Part shown: positions 1-10,711 of the stretch, piece by piece
Position numbering within the stretch: the stretch's first letter is position 1
Layout: every line of letters begins with the position of its first letter
DNA from: Acutalibacteraceae bacterium
Lineage (GTDB): Bacteria > Bacillota > Clostridia > Oscillospirales > Acutalibacteraceae
DNA length: 64,000 nucleotides
Assembly (NCBI GenBank): GCA_036307745.1
Contig: JAXJXA010000111.1
Coordinates: 43,499 to 107,498 of the forward strand
Direction of reading: 5' to 3'
The notes under the pieces: model-generated
Databases searched by the model: none
What the model saw: only the letters and a program-made list of their open reading frames with translations
Told to the model about the DNA's origin: nothing
Translations under genes and position numbers: made by a program

Positions 1-1
1 C

Positions 2-433
2 AGTTCTAAGTTTTTCTCTTCTTGCAAAATCCCATCGGTCCCATTCACAAATCAACTGTTCCTCAAGCTGTCTCATGGCTGCAGGAATTTCATTGGTGAA
101 AATAGATTCTTTCTCGATTTCACCTGCTAGCTGAGACTTGTATTTCTCAATTGTTTTCTGGATTTCAGGAATTTCTTTTGTAAGACGCTTGATATCTTCT
201 CGTAAACTGCCAATATCACACATCGTCCAATATACATCATTGCTCTCTTCTCTTGTCCATCCATATCCTTCTCTTTCATATTTGTTGAAGGTGTCAGCAT
301 TGATGTTGTATTTGTCCAGTAAGTATTTCGCTTTCTTCTCAATAGATTTTTTCTTTTTCTCAATGGTATTTTGCTTCTTCTCCACTCTCTGTTCAGCTTT
401 CGCAATCCGCTCTTGTAAAGTCTCTAACTTCAT
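2..433 (-). CDS. Hypothetical coiled-coil protein, runs off the window start (MKLETLQERIAKAEQRVEKKQ...)
   Basis: Translated by hand: ATG at 433 on the minus strand, RBS AGAAAGGA, open to the window edge, preceded by a consensus promoter. Absent from the ORF track because it is truncated. Confidence 0.8.
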   Translation of the reverse strand, partial: MKLETLQERIAKAEQRVEKKQNTIEKKKKSIEKKAKYLLDKYNINADTFNKYEREGYGWTREESNDVYWTMCDIGSLREDIKRLTKEIPEIQKTIEKYKSQLAGEIEKESIFTNEIPAAMRQLEEQLICEWDRWDFARREKLRT

Positions 434-474
434 ATTTTATTCCTTTCTTGGCACTCATTGGGTTTCTTGATTAC

Positions 475-503
475 ATTATAATACACTCAATGGGTATTGT
501 CAA
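475..503 (-). promoter_or_regulatory. Consensus sigmaA promoter TTGACA-N17-TATAAT
   Basis: Plus strand shows TGTCAA at 498-503 and ATTATA at 475-480, with a 17-bp spacer. Confidence 0.85.
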
Positions 504-629
504 GAGTGTTTTTGTATATTATTAACAATTATTGCAAGTATGAAATATTGCTTTTTGTATAAAACATAGAAAATTATAACGAGGCTCTCAACCTATTAGT
601 AATTAAAAATAATGTAGTAAATTAATACT

Positions 630-705
630 GTAGACGTTAGTTCTACGAAATCACCTCCAAGCTAAAGGTCCCATCTTCTTTGTTGAGGATGGGACTTTTA
701 GTTTT
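630..705 (+). ncRNA. Candidate small RNA with an anti-Shine-Dalgarno tract
   Basis: Class-1 promoter motif (596-631), then hairpin GTAGA/TCTAC, unpaired ATCACCTCC and a strong terminator hairpin (GGTCCCATCTTC/GAGGATGGGACT). No ORF. Confidence 0.45.
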
Positions 706-799
706 CTGTAAAAAAAATATTTGTAAAATACATCAAAAATATTCTAAAACTCTCCAAAAATAGGAAATTAGTAATAGATATCTAAAATTAAATAAGGAG

Positions 800-2884
800 A
801 TGATTAAATTTATGAAACCAAAGAAAAATGACAGAATGTTCTACACTGTCTTTTTCACACTGATGTGGTTGCTGGTGTTGTGGCTAGTATGTCATTATTA
901 TGTCACTTCACTTGCGGTAGATAGTCAAGTAATATTTGATGTTCTGCCAGCAATGATGGAACACATTGAAACGGCCCCTCTGGATATCTTACCTGTTTCA
1001 CCTGGTGCATTATTAGCAACAACTGGACTGTATATAGTTGCTCTGTTGTATTTCTGGGTCGAGCATGACTTCAACAGACAGGACGCAGCTGGTATAGAAG
1101 CAGGCTCTTCGAAATGGTTTGATGATTGGAAGACATTCAAAAAGAAATATTTTAATAAAAATGAACAGAAAAATATGATATTCAGCAATGAAGTTCAATT
1201 GGATATGGATACAAGACGAACAAGAAAGAATAATAACGTTCTTGTTATTGGTGGTTCTGGTACAGGTAAATCCCGTTTCATGGTCAAGCCTAATCTATTA
1301 CAAGCGAATTGTTCCTATGTTGTTACGGACCCTTCAGGTGAGTTATTACAGACCCAAGCACATCATCTGGAAAAAGAACAGGGCTATAAAATTAAGGTAT
1401 TTGATTTAACAGATATGTCTAAATCTTCTCATTATAACCCATTCCATTACATAAGAGATGAAAATGGTGTCTTGCAGATGGTTAAGTGTTTAATTGCTAA
1501 TACTAAGGGCGAAGGTGAGAAATCAGACTTCTGGGAAAAAGCAGAGACTACTCTTCTACTGGCATTATGCTTCTATTTAAGAGAGACAGTTCCTGAAAAT
1601 GAACAAAACTTTGCTAATGTTATGAGATTATTAAAATTAGCCACTGTTGATGAAGATGACCCCAACGCAAAATCTCCATTGGATGAGATGATGGAAAGTC
1701 TGGCAGCGAATAATCCTGAATCTATGGCAGTTATGAACTATACAGACTATAAGAAAGCTGCTGGTAAAACAGCTAAATCTATTTTGATTTCAGCTGCTGT
1801 TAGATTACAGGCTTTTAACTTTCAATCTGTTAAAGCTCTCACAAGTGATGATACATTGGATTTAGCTTCTATTGGTGATGAAAAACAAGCTTTATTCGTT
1901 GTTATTCCTGCTGCTGACAGTACATTCAACTTCTTAGTCAGTATGATGTATTCACAGTTGTTTGAGACTTTATATTTCCATGCTGAACATGATACAGAAC
2001 ATTGTAAGGGCAAAAGATTACCTGTCCATGTAAGATTCTTATTGGACGAGTTCGCAAATATTGGCCAAATACCTGATTTTGATAAAAAGTTAAGTACAAT
2101 GCGTAAATATGAAATTTCTTGTACTATCATTTTACAATCTTTATCTCAGTTAAAAGCAATGTATGAAAAACAATGGGAAGTTATTATAGACAACTGTGAT
2201 AGCTTCTTATTCCTGGGTTGTCAGGGTAAAACAACTCTTGAATATGTCAGTCAAAAACTAGGTAAAACAACTATCCGGTCAAAGGACCATTCAAGAACAC
2301 ATGGTTCTAAGGGCTCATCCAGTACATCAGGTAAGCATGAGGGCCGTGAATTGATGACCGTTGCCGAATTACAGCAAATGCCTGATAAAAACTGTATTTT
2401 GTTTATTCGTGGTCTAAATCCTTTCTATTGTACTAAATATGATTTAACAAAACATAAGAACTTTAAATATACAGGCGATGCTGATGATTCATTTAACTAT
2501 GAATATGTAGGAAATGTAAATAAGCCTAAGGTTGTTTTAGATGCACCACAAGCTATTGAAAATGCAACTAAATGTCCTGATGTCAATGCAGAACGCATTA
2601 TGAAAGAACAAAGAATAGCAGAAACTATTGAATCAGGCGAAGTTATGAAATCTAAAAATGGTGAGGTCCTTAATGAATTTAAACCCATTGAAGAGACTTT
2701 TGAAGAGTTGCAAAACAGTAAAAAACCTGTTCATATCACTATTGTTGAAACTTATGACAGAGATTATGAATTTAGAACAGATAGGCCTTATATGTTGGAT
2801 TTAAATAATGTTGATTTAGAATCCGATGAATATGAAGGCGAAGAACCTGATGTTGAAAACTTACCCGATGGTTGGGATGAATGA
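800..2884 (+). CDS. virD4: Type IV coupling protein VirD4/TraG (start possibly 812)
   Basis: Two N-terminal TMs, Walker A GGSGTGKS, VTDPSGEL, Walker B FLLDEFANIG, ILQSLSQL, GRELMT motifs. Confidence 0.95.
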   Translation: MIKFMKPKKNDRMFYTVFFTLMWLLVLWLVCHYYVTSLAVDSQVIFDVLPAMMEHIETAPLDILPVSPGALLATTGLYIVALLYFWVEHDFNRQDAAGIEAGSSKWFDDWKTFKKKYFNKNEQKNMIFSNEVQLDMDTRRTRKNNNVLVIGGSGTGKSRFMVKPNLLQANCSYVVTDPSGELLQTQAHHLEKEQGYKIKVFDLTDMSKSSHYNPFHYIRDENGVLQMVKCLIANTKGEGEKSDFWEKAETTLLLALCFYLRETVPENEQNFANVMRLLKLATVDEDDPNAKSPLDEMMESLAANNPESMAVMNYTDYKKAAGKTAKSILISAAVRLQAFNFQSVKALTSDDTLDLASIGDEKQALFVVIPAADSTFNFLVSMMYSQLFETLYFHAEHDTEHCKGKRLPVHVRFLLDEFANIGQIPDFDKKLSTMRKYEISCTIILQSLSQLKAMYEKQWEVIIDNCDSFLFLGCQGKTTLEYVSQKLGKTTIRSKDHSRTHGSKGSSSTSGKHEGRELMTVAELQQMPDKNCILFIRGLNPFYCTKYDLTKHKNFKYTGDADDSFNYEYVGNVNKPKVVLDAPQAIENATKCPDVNAERIMKEQRIAETIESGEVMKSKNGEVLNEFKPIEETFEELQNSKKPVHITIVETYDRDYEFRTDRPYMLDLNNVDLESDEYEGEEPDVENLPDGWDE

Positions 2885-3024
2885 AATTAGAAAATTTTTT
2901 CAGTTTTTTTCTTTAAATCTATTCGTAATTTAATATAAGATAGTAAATTATTAACAGATGAAGAGATATTACTACTCATTCAAAAAATAAAAATCAAAAA
3001 TCTTTTAAAAAGGAGACGTTGTTT

Positions 3025-3375
3025 ATGTTTAAGAAAATGTTTAATAAAGTTAAAGCTTTTGCTGATAAAGCTAAGGCAGCTATGACCACAATGATGATTG
3101 CTGCTATGACTATGCCTGTATATGCCACTGCCCCTACCATTACTGTTCAGGATAATATCGACGTGAATGTAATGTTAGGCAAAATCGCTGGCGGTCTGTT
3201 AAGCATTCTGCAGGGTATTGGCGGTATCTTTATCGTATGGGGCGGATTCCAGTTCGCTATGGCACTGAGAGACGAAGATGCAGCTTCCAAATCAAGAGCT
3301 ATGTTAGTCCTGATTTCTGGTGTCTGCATGGTTGGTCTGAAAGCCCTGTTAAAGTGGTTTGGTATTCTGGCTTAA
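3025..3375 (+). CDS. VirB2/Maff2-like small conjugative membrane protein (pilin-like)
   Basis: Signal-like N-terminus plus two hydrophobic helices; lies between virD4 and virB6; RBS AGGAG favours ATG 3025. Confidence 0.7.
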   Translation: MFKKMFNKVKAFADKAKAAMTTMMIAAMTMPVYATAPTITVQDNIDVNVMLGKIAGGLLSILQGIGGIFIVWGGFQFAMALRDEDAASKSRAMLVLISGVCMVGLKALLKWFGILA

Positions 3376-3473
3376 TCGAAAGAAAGTGTAAATAATATTG
3401 TGTTTGTGGGGTTGGGGTAAATTGCCCCAATCCCTATTTTTTGTAAATCCTATTGATTAGGGAGGTTATAGTT

Positions 3474-4313
3474 ATGGCAGAAAAAGCCGCACAAATGGTT
3501 AATGAAATGCTTGCGTTTGTATATTCTATTGCTTTATCTATTTCATCTGGTACAATTGTTACTTTTGGTAGTGATGCTGTTTGGAAAAATGGATATACTG
3601 ATGTCTGGAATATAGTTACAAAGGTTGCTAACAATATCATGGAACCAATTGGAATAATGGTTATTGTTATTATGTTTTTGCTTAGTTTGGTTGATAAAGT
3701 AAGTACAGAACAATTTACTATGGAAAGTTTGATGAAAGACTTAATTAAATTATGTCTGGGTCTTTATTTAGTTACCAATGCTGTTGAAATAGTTGTCGGA
3801 TGTATCGAATTAGGAAATGGTATTTTAAGAAGCGTTGCAGGTGTAATAGGTGGTGTTCCCGAAAATTGGTCAATGGTAGTTACTAAAGAAACATTTGAAG
3901 GTTTTGGGAACTTCTTAGTAACAGCACTTTTGTCAATCGTATTTTTACTGTTTATTATTATTGATTTGATTATTTTGGTAATTATGAAAGGTATAAGTAT
4001 GATAAGAGTACTTGAAATTGCACTAAGAACAGCTCTTGCACCAGTTGCTCTTTCAGATACGTTTGCTGGTAATATATTAAATAGCCATGCAATTGGTTTT
4101 ATCAGGTCTTTCGCTGCATTGTGTTTGCAAGGTGTGTTCATAACCGTAATTGCACACTTTGTACCTGTATTCTGGCAAGGTGTTCTTGCTGAAAGTCAAA
4201 ATGCTATGGACGTTTTAGGTGGATGCCTCAATATGCTTTTAATATCCGCAGTTGCCCTTATTTTGATGTTTAAATCTGGCGGTATTGCAAAGGAAATGCT
4301 TGGTGCAAGATAA
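3474..4313 (+). CDS. VirB6/TrbL-like polytopic T4SS membrane protein
   Basis: Multiple TMs, R.LEI.....LAP.A...F motif, canonical position before prgI; RBS GGAGG before ATG 3474. Confidence 0.8.
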   Translation: MAEKAAQMVNEMLAFVYSIALSISSGTIVTFGSDAVWKNGYTDVWNIVTKVANNIMEPIGIMVIVIMFLLSLVDKVSTEQFTMESLMKDLIKLCLGLYLVTNAVEIVVGCIELGNGILRSVAGVIGGVPENWSMVVTKETFEGFGNFLVTALLSIVFLLFIIIDLIILVIMKGISMIRVLEIALRTALAPVALSDTFAGNILNSHAIGFIRSFAALCLQGVFITVIAHFVPVFWQGVLAESQNAMDVLGGCLNMLLISAVALILMFKSGGIAKEMLGAR

Positions 4314-4325
4314 GGAGGTCTATAT

Positions 4326-4709
4326 ATGAGTCTTGAAATTAAAATTCCAAAAGAAATAAATAAATATGAGGCAAAATTGATAGGTCCCTTAACATCCAGA
4401 CAGACTTTATGGACTGTATTGGGTGCTGGTGCTGCAATGCTGACTAATATGGTGTGCAAACAAATTGCACCTGATTGGACAATTATTGCTATGGTGTTAG
4501 TGTGTACTCCATTTGCCGCTATGGGTTTCGTTAACGTCTATGATATGCCATTTGGTAAATTCGTTATTGGTTTTTTGAAAACTAATATGATGTCACCATT
4601 GAAAAGAAAATCAATTATTAAGAACCAGTTTGCTCTCATAGATGAGGAAATGAACTCTTTAGAACATAAAAACACTAAATATAAGAAAAGTAAAAAAGCT
4701 TTTAAGTAA
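4326..4709 (+). CDS. prgI: PrgI family protein (VirB3-like)
   Basis: IPKEINKYEAKLIGPLTSRQ signature, two TMs, GF...DMPF motif. Confidence 0.9.
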   Translation: MSLEIKIPKEINKYEAKLIGPLTSRQTLWTVLGAGAAMLTNMVCKQIAPDWTIIAMVLVCTPFAAMGFVNVYDMPFGKFVIGFLKTNMMSPLKRKSIIKNQFALIDEEMNSLEHKNTKYKKSKKAFK

Positions 4710-4906
4710 GCATTCCTGGCCGTATTCATATCTGTGAGTACGGCTATTTTGAATATTTTTGCAGATTTTTCATTATTTCGTCTACATTATTTGTATCAGT
4801 AAATTAGAAATATTGATAATGCTAAAAAAAATATCTCAATTTCTATTATTTATCACAGTAAAAATAGAAAACTATTAATAGATGATTTACACACTAAAAA
4901 GATAAG

Positions 4907-5962
4907 GTGGTTGTTATGAGTAATAAAAATGAATTTAATAATCGTAAACAGCTTTTGAAAGACATACCATATCTCAATGTATATACAGATGGAGTTATTG
5001 AGGTTAAACAAGGCTATTTTACGAAAACATATTTATGCCGAATGGATGTTGTCTCTATTTTTGATATGATTCATAAGGTTGCTTTCAATTCAGAAAGTGA
5101 GTTATCCAACATTTGTTCTGAATTAACATATGTAGCCAAAAGATTTTATCTGACACTGGGTCTGCATTGTGTTTCTTATGAAGAAGCTGCGGAATATTTT
5201 GAGAACTTTGATAAGCTGAGTGGATTAAGAAGTTTATCGTTAATAGAGAGATTAAGTCTTTTACACACTATGTATCAGAATGATGACAGCTTCAGAGAAA
5301 GAGTTGCAGAATTTACATATAGAAAACCCAAAAGGGGTGTTGAAGAACCAGAGTTGCCAGATGTATTTGATAGAAACTATCCCGTTGAGGAACAGCTGAA
5401 AAATCTTAGAAAGAATAAAAAGATTTCAAAAGATTTGATTATGCCTAAAATGATGATTAATGATGTGGCAGAAATGGAGTTTGAAGGAAATTATGTTCGT
5501 TTCTTCTATTTCAAAAACACTCCAAGATATTTAGATAAGTCATTCCTGGATAAATTGATGTCTTTGGATGATGTTATGTTTTCTATCCATTTTAAGCCTT
5601 TATCTCAACAGGACATTATTCAATATACAGATGATAAGTTTGCTGCTTTGAAGGAACTTAAAGAGTCTGAAATCATCCAGAAACAGTTCTTTGAGAATGC
5701 TAAAAGTGAACTCACCAGGTCTATTAAACGTGGTGAAAAAATGTTCTTGATGACTCTTGTATTGGGACTGCCAGATGACAGCATTGATGAGATGGACCAG
5801 AAAATGGCAGAGATGACCAAGGATATGGAAAGTTCCTATGTTTTGAAAGTATTGAAATTCCAACAGGCAGCTGCTTGCAGAACGCTGTTGCCTTATTGTT
5901 CTGATGATTTAGATATCCAGACTACCATATATTTGAAAAAGGAGGCTGAACAGAATGTTTAA
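4907..5962 (+). CDS. ATPase-less paralog of the VirB4 N-terminal domain
   Basis: Collinear similarity to the N-half of the next gene (IPY..VY..GVIE...G.FTKTY; ERLS.LH; MFL.T; QQ....LP.C). No Walker motifs. Confidence 0.75.
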   Translation: MVVMSNKNEFNNRKQLLKDIPYLNVYTDGVIEVKQGYFTKTYLCRMDVVSIFDMIHKVAFNSESELSNICSELTYVAKRFYLTLGLHCVSYEEAAEYFENFDKLSGLRSLSLIERLSLLHTMYQNDDSFRERVAEFTYRKPKRGVEEPELPDVFDRNYPVEEQLKNLRKNKKISKDLIMPKMMINDVAEMEFEGNYVRFFYFKNTPRYLDKSFLDKLMSLDDVMFSIHFKPLSQQDIIQYTDDKFAALKELKESEIIQKQFFENAKSELTRSIKRGEKMFLMTLVLGLPDDSIDEMDQKMAEMTKDMESSYVLKVLKFQQAAACRTLLPYCSDDLDIQTTIYLKKEAEQNV

Positions 5963-8501
5963 TAAAAAGAAAGAAGTTCAAATTCCTCATGAGTTGAGCC
6001 GTGCTGAAAAGAAACAGCAAGAAAAGCTGCGTAAAAAGCAAGAAAAGGCTAAACGTGCAAAGGAAATTAGAGAGGCTAATAAGAAAAAGAATGCCCTTAA
6101 TGCCCAAGAGGTATCTTCTACTCTTCAGGGAACTATTCCCTATCGTGCTGTCTATAGTAACGGCGTTATTGAGACTTCTAAGGGTGTATATACAAAATCC
6201 TATATGCTGAAAGACGTAAACTATCAAGCTGCTAAATTGGAAGACCAGACTACTATGTTCTTAAAGTATTCTGAGTTACTGAACAGCTTTGATTCTAGTG
6301 TTAGAATCCAAATTTCTATTAATAACAGAAATATTGACCAGGAACAGTTTAAGGAAGAGACATTACTGCCTTTAAAGAGCAATAACCTTGACACCTATAT
6401 TAACGAATATAACGATATGATTGTTGATAAGATGTCAGAAGGTAAGAATAACATGGCTCGTGATAAGTATTTGACAGTTTCTGTTGAAGCTGAATCTTTT
6501 GAAGCTGCTTGTAATCTCTTCTCTCGTCTTGATACAGAAATTACAAATGCAACAAAGAAAATCGGCGGCAGTGAAGCTATTGCTTTGTCTACTGTTGAAA
6601 GATTATCTATTTTGCATAATATTCTTAATATTGGACATGAAGGTGAGTTTGAGGTTGATAAAGAAAATGCTGAGAGCTGGCTTAAAGATTTAACTATGAA
6701 GGGTTGGGATACCAAGGATGTTATTATTCCCAATGGTATTGAATTTAAGTCTGATTATATCGAAATTGGTGATAAGGTTGCTCGTGTTCTGTACTTAAAG
6801 GAACTACCTAGCTATTTACCTGATACTATTATTTCCGAATTAACTGACTGTGATAGAAATATGATTACATCTTTGAATATTTCTATTGTTCCACAAGATA
6901 AAGCTTTGAAGATTTGCCGTAATCAGTTAACGAATATTAATTCTAATATTGTTGACCGTCAGCAAAAGGCAGCTAAACATGGTTATGACCCCACATTGAT
7001 TGGTCATGACTTACAGAAGGCCCAAGATGAAGCTAATCAGTTATTGGATGATTTGACCAGTAAAGACCAGAAAATGTTCTTGTTAACTATGGTTATTATG
7101 CATTTTGCTGATGATTTAGAACAGCTGAATAAAGATACCGACAGTATTATCACTGTTGGTAGAAAATACAGCTGTGATATTCGCAGATTGAGAACACAAC
7201 AGGAACTTGGATTTAAAAGTGCTTTACCTTTGTGTAATAATCAGTTATTCATCCAGAGAACATTGACTACTGCTTCTACTGCTGTATTTATGCCTTTCAC
7301 TTCACAAGAATTAAACCAGAAAAATGGTAGATATTATGGCTTGAATGCTATTTCAAGAAACTTAATTCTGTTTAATAGAGAGAATTGTAAAAATGGTAAT
7401 GGATTTATATTGGGCACACCAGGTTCTGGCAAAAGTATGACTGGTAAAATAGAGATGTCTAATGTTATTTTAGGCACAGATGATGAAATTATCGTTATTG
7501 ACCCCGAAAATGAATATTGTCCTCTAATTGAAATCTTAGGCGGTGAAATCATTCCCATTGAGGCTGGTGGTAATAACTATATCAACCCCTTGGATATGGA
7601 CTCTGCCTATGCTGGTGAAAAGGGCAAAGACCCTATAGTTTTAAAGACTGACTTTGTATTGTCTCTTTGTGAGACTGTATGTGGCGGTTCATGGGGATTA
7701 ACACCTTCTCAAAAGTCTATCATTGACCGTTGTGTAAGAGCGGTATATCGTGAGTATTTAGCCAGTGAATATATCAATGAAGATGGTGAGAAATGCTATG
7801 ACCAGAGTAAGCTGCCTACATTATTGGATTTCCAGGCTTTGTTGGCTTCACAGAGAGACAGAGAAGCAAAAGAAATCGCATTGGCACTTGAATTATATAC
7901 TGCTGGTTCATTAGATAACTTCGCCCACTATACTAATGTCGATGTCAATAATAGATTTATTGCTTACAATTTAAGGGATGTAGGCGATAATATGATGACT
8001 ATGGCAATGTTGGTTATCTTGGACTCTATTTGGAATAGAATTTTGAGAAATCATAGACTGGGCAAGAAGACATGGGTTTATGTTGATGAAGCTCACTTAT
8101 TGTTTGCTAATAAAACATCTGCAACATTCTTAAAGACACTGTATAAGCGTTCCAGAAAGTTCAATGGATATATTACCTGTATTACTCAGAACGTATCTGA
8201 TATTCTGGAAAACCCAATTTGTAAGACTATGATTGGTAACTCTGAATTCTTGATTCTGTTAAACCAATCTGCAGATGATAGAGAAAAACTGGCAGAACAA
8301 CTTGGATTGTCTGAAACACAGCTCTCTTATATCACTGCCGCTAACCCTGGCGAAGGTTTATTGATTAATACACCTAATATCGTGCCTTTCATCAATAAGT
8401 TCCCAAGAGATACGGAACTGTATAAGGCAATGACAACTAAACCTGCTGATTTGATAGAGTATAGAAAACAAAAGGCCAAAGAAAGGGCTGAAAATGAGTA
8501 A
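5955..8501 (+). CDS. virB4: VirB4/TraE conjugative ATPase
   Basis: Walker A GTPGSGKS, IVIDPENEY, INPLD, Walker B VYVDEAH, KRSRKF, ITQN motifs. Confidence 0.95.
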   Translation: MFNKKKEVQIPHELSRAEKKQQEKLRKKQEKAKRAKEIREANKKKNALNAQEVSSTLQGTIPYRAVYSNGVIETSKGVYTKSYMLKDVNYQAAKLEDQTTMFLKYSELLNSFDSSVRIQISINNRNIDQEQFKEETLLPLKSNNLDTYINEYNDMIVDKMSEGKNNMARDKYLTVSVEAESFEAACNLFSRLDTEITNATKKIGGSEAIALSTVERLSILHNILNIGHEGEFEVDKENAESWLKDLTMKGWDTKDVIIPNGIEFKSDYIEIGDKVARVLYLKELPSYLPDTIISELTDCDRNMITSLNISIVPQDKALKICRNQLTNINSNIVDRQQKAAKHGYDPTLIGHDLQKAQDEANQLLDDLTSKDQKMFLLTMVIMHFADDLEQLNKDTDSIITVGRKYSCDIRRLRTQQELGFKSALPLCNNQLFIQRTLTTASTAVFMPFTSQELNQKNGRYYGLNAISRNLILFNRENCKNGNGFILGTPGSGKSMTGKIEMSNVILGTDDEIIVIDPENEYCPLIEILGGEIIPIEAGGNNYINPLDMDSAYAGEKGKDPIVLKTDFVLSLCETVCGGSWGLTPSQKSIIDRCVRAVYREYLASEYINEDGEKCYDQSKLPTLLDFQALLASQRDREAKEIALALELYTAGSLDNFAHYTNVDVNNRFIAYNLRDVGDNMMTMAMLVILDSIWNRILRNHRLGKKTWVYVDEAHLLFANKTSATFLKTLYKRSRKFNGYITCITQNVSDILENPICKTMIGNSEFLILLNQSADDREKLAEQLGLSETQLSYITAANPGEGLLINTPNIVPFINKFPRDTELYKAMTTKPADLIEYRKQKAKERAENE

Positions 8502-8779
8502 TATTTAGTTCAAACAAAATATATAGAAAACTATGAATAGAGATAATGCTTTAAAATTGTTATTGAATTAGGAGTAAATAACTGTTTTTAGGATTATTTT
8601 TGTAATGTAGGTTCTGTATTTGTTAACATTCATAAGAAGGTAGACGCAGAATTGGTGTGTTTGCCTTCTTTTTTCTTGTCTTTAATGAAAGTTTTTCTAA
8701 TTTTTGTTTAGTAAGAACCAACATTGGCTCAGCGTTTTGTACTTGAAAAGCAAAAAAATACAAATAAGGAGAACTTTTT

Positions 8780-10711
8780 ATGAAATTAATTAAAGAAAAA
8801 CAAGAAAATAAAACATATCTGTCTGCAGAAGAACAGATAGAAGAAATTGAAAAAGAAATAAAACAAGAGAAACTGAAATCACCTAAATATCAAGGTTTGA
8901 TAGCTTTGGGGCTTGCTGGTGCTCTTTTGATTGCGGGTTCTTTTGCCTACTTTTCAGATAGAGTAACTACTCAAATTGCTGGCACTGCTGGTACTGTGAA
9001 AGTATCAATAGATGACAGTAATATTAACTTATTGGACGCTAATGGACGTGATATATTAAACCCAGGCGATATCCGTGATTTTGGGTTTTCTATTCAAAAT
9101 GAGGGTAATAAAAGCGTTGATGCAAAAGCTATTATTACATTGACATCATCAGTTCCTATGATAAATCCTAATACTATAATGCCAATGTCTCTTTTATCTC
9201 TTGGAACGGTAACTCCATCAGAAAACTTATATAGAAAAGTAGTTTATTCCAGTGAATACGAACTCTATAATGCGTCTGATGTTGTGTATGTAGAGGGTTA
9301 TGGCCATTACCCAAAAGATGGTGTATCACCTTTACAAACAAGAGCACAAAATACTGCTTCGACACAAATAGTTTATACTATTGATAATTTAGTTTTAAGC
9401 GGTAATGAAACTTTATCTGAACAAGAAGTCGAATACACATCTAATTCTGATTCTTCTGTACATATTTCTGAATATGAGTATAACCAATTATCAGCAGAAC
9501 AACAGTCACAATATACCAGATGTGATAATTCAAAAGCTTATGATTTGGTATTATTGTTTGACCCCAATGCCGAGAATAAATTCCAAAATTCAAATGTCAG
9601 CATAAAAGTAGATATTTATGCTAAACAACATAGAAATACTAATGATAGTGTATGGATTAAAACAGACTCGTCAATAAGTTCAATAATAAGAGACAGTGAG
9701 TTATTTGAAATTGGTTATGATGATATGCATAAAGTAACATTGACTGGCGTTAAATCTGGTGTAAATTTATCAACAATAGAAAATATTGTGATACCAGAAG
9801 GTGTTCAAACTGTTCCTGAATCATTCTTTGCAAATTACTCAAATATTAAAACTGTTACTCTCCCATCAACAATTATCGAACTACAAGCTTCCGCTTTCAA
9901 CAATTGTCCAAATCTAAACAGTATTAATTTACCAGATGGGCTAGAATCAATCGGTGATGAAGCATTTGCTAGTTGTAAATCATTGAAGTCAATTACTATT
10001 CCTGGTAGTGTTATTTATATTGGAAATGCATTTGCTGGTTCAGGTCTTGAAACCGTAATCATAGAAGAAGGCATAACAGAACTTGGAAAAAGTTGTTTTG
10101 CAAATGCAAAAAAATTAAATACTGTCACATTACCTAATACATTGAAGACAATTGGAGAATATGCTTTTTGTGAATGTACAAGCTTAACTAATATTACAAT
10201 ACCGAATAGCGTAACAACTATAAAAAGATATGCTTTTATAAATTCTGGATTGACTAATATTACAATTCCAAATAGTGTAACAACTATGGAGGATTCTGTA
10301 TTTGCTGGATGCAAAAATTTACAAACTGTTGTTTTCTCAAACAATATGAATACTATTCCAGATAGTATGTTTGCTAGTTGTACCAATTTAACATCATTTA
10401 CTATTGATGGATTACCCGCTAATACTATAGATGGTAAAATTCAAACAATTGCATTTGATTCTTTCACTGGAACAGCTCTTCACTCTATAACAATAGGTTC
10501 CAGTGTCAAAAAAGTAGAAAACAGTGCATTCGATATATGTAATAGTTTAACAGAAATAACAATTGAAAAAGGACCTAAATTCGATTCAAGCGTTTTCTAT
10601 TGTTTTTCTAATGTCAACACCACTGTTTATACGGAAAATGTGAACGCTATTAATTACAATTGGCGTGGTGACCGTAGAATAGTAACCTTTGTACCTGCTT
10701 TAGATGACTAA
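8780..10711 (+). CDS. SipW-signal TasA-like subunit with C-terminal BspA-type leucine-rich repeats
   Basis: GSFAYFSD..TAGTV, LNPGD, N.GNKSVD, AKQH core, then LRR_5-type repeats (LP..L..IG..AF..C..L..I.IP). Confidence 0.85.
   Translation: MKLIKEKQENKTYLSAEEQIEEIEKEIKQEKLKSPKYQGLIALGLAGALLIAGSFAYFSDRVTTQIAGTAGTVKVSIDDSNINLLDANGRDILNPGDIRDFGFSIQNEGNKSVDAKAIITLTSSVPMINPNTIMPMSLLSLGTVTPSENLYRKVVYSSEYELYNASDVVYVEGYGHYPKDGVSPLQTRAQNTASTQIVYTIDNLVLSGNETLSEQEVEYTSNSDSSVHISEYEYNQLSAEQQSQYTRCDNSKAYDLVLLFDPNAENKFQNSNVSIKVDIYAKQHRNTNDSVWIKTDSSISSIIRDSELFEIGYDDMHKVTLTGVKSGVNLSTIENIVIPEGVQTVPESFFANYSNIKTVTLPSTIIELQASAFNNCPNLNSINLPDGLESIGDEAFASCKSLKSITIPGSVIYIGNAFAGSGLETVIIEEGITELGKSCFANAKKLNTVTLPNTLKTIGEYAFCECTSLTNITIPNSVTTIKRYAFINSGLTNITIPNSVTTMEDSVFAGCKNLQTVVFSNNMNTIPDSMFASCTNLTSFTIDGLPANTIDGKIQTIAFDSFTGTALHSITIGSSVKKVENSAFDICNSLTEITIEKGPKFDSSVFYCFSNVNTTVYTENVNAINYNWRGDRRIVTFVPALDD

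Noticed and set aside
127..470. ORF-track calls 127..405 (-) and 138..470 (+)
   Set aside because: They are shadows of the minus-strand gene starting at 433, which has an RBS and a consensus promoter.
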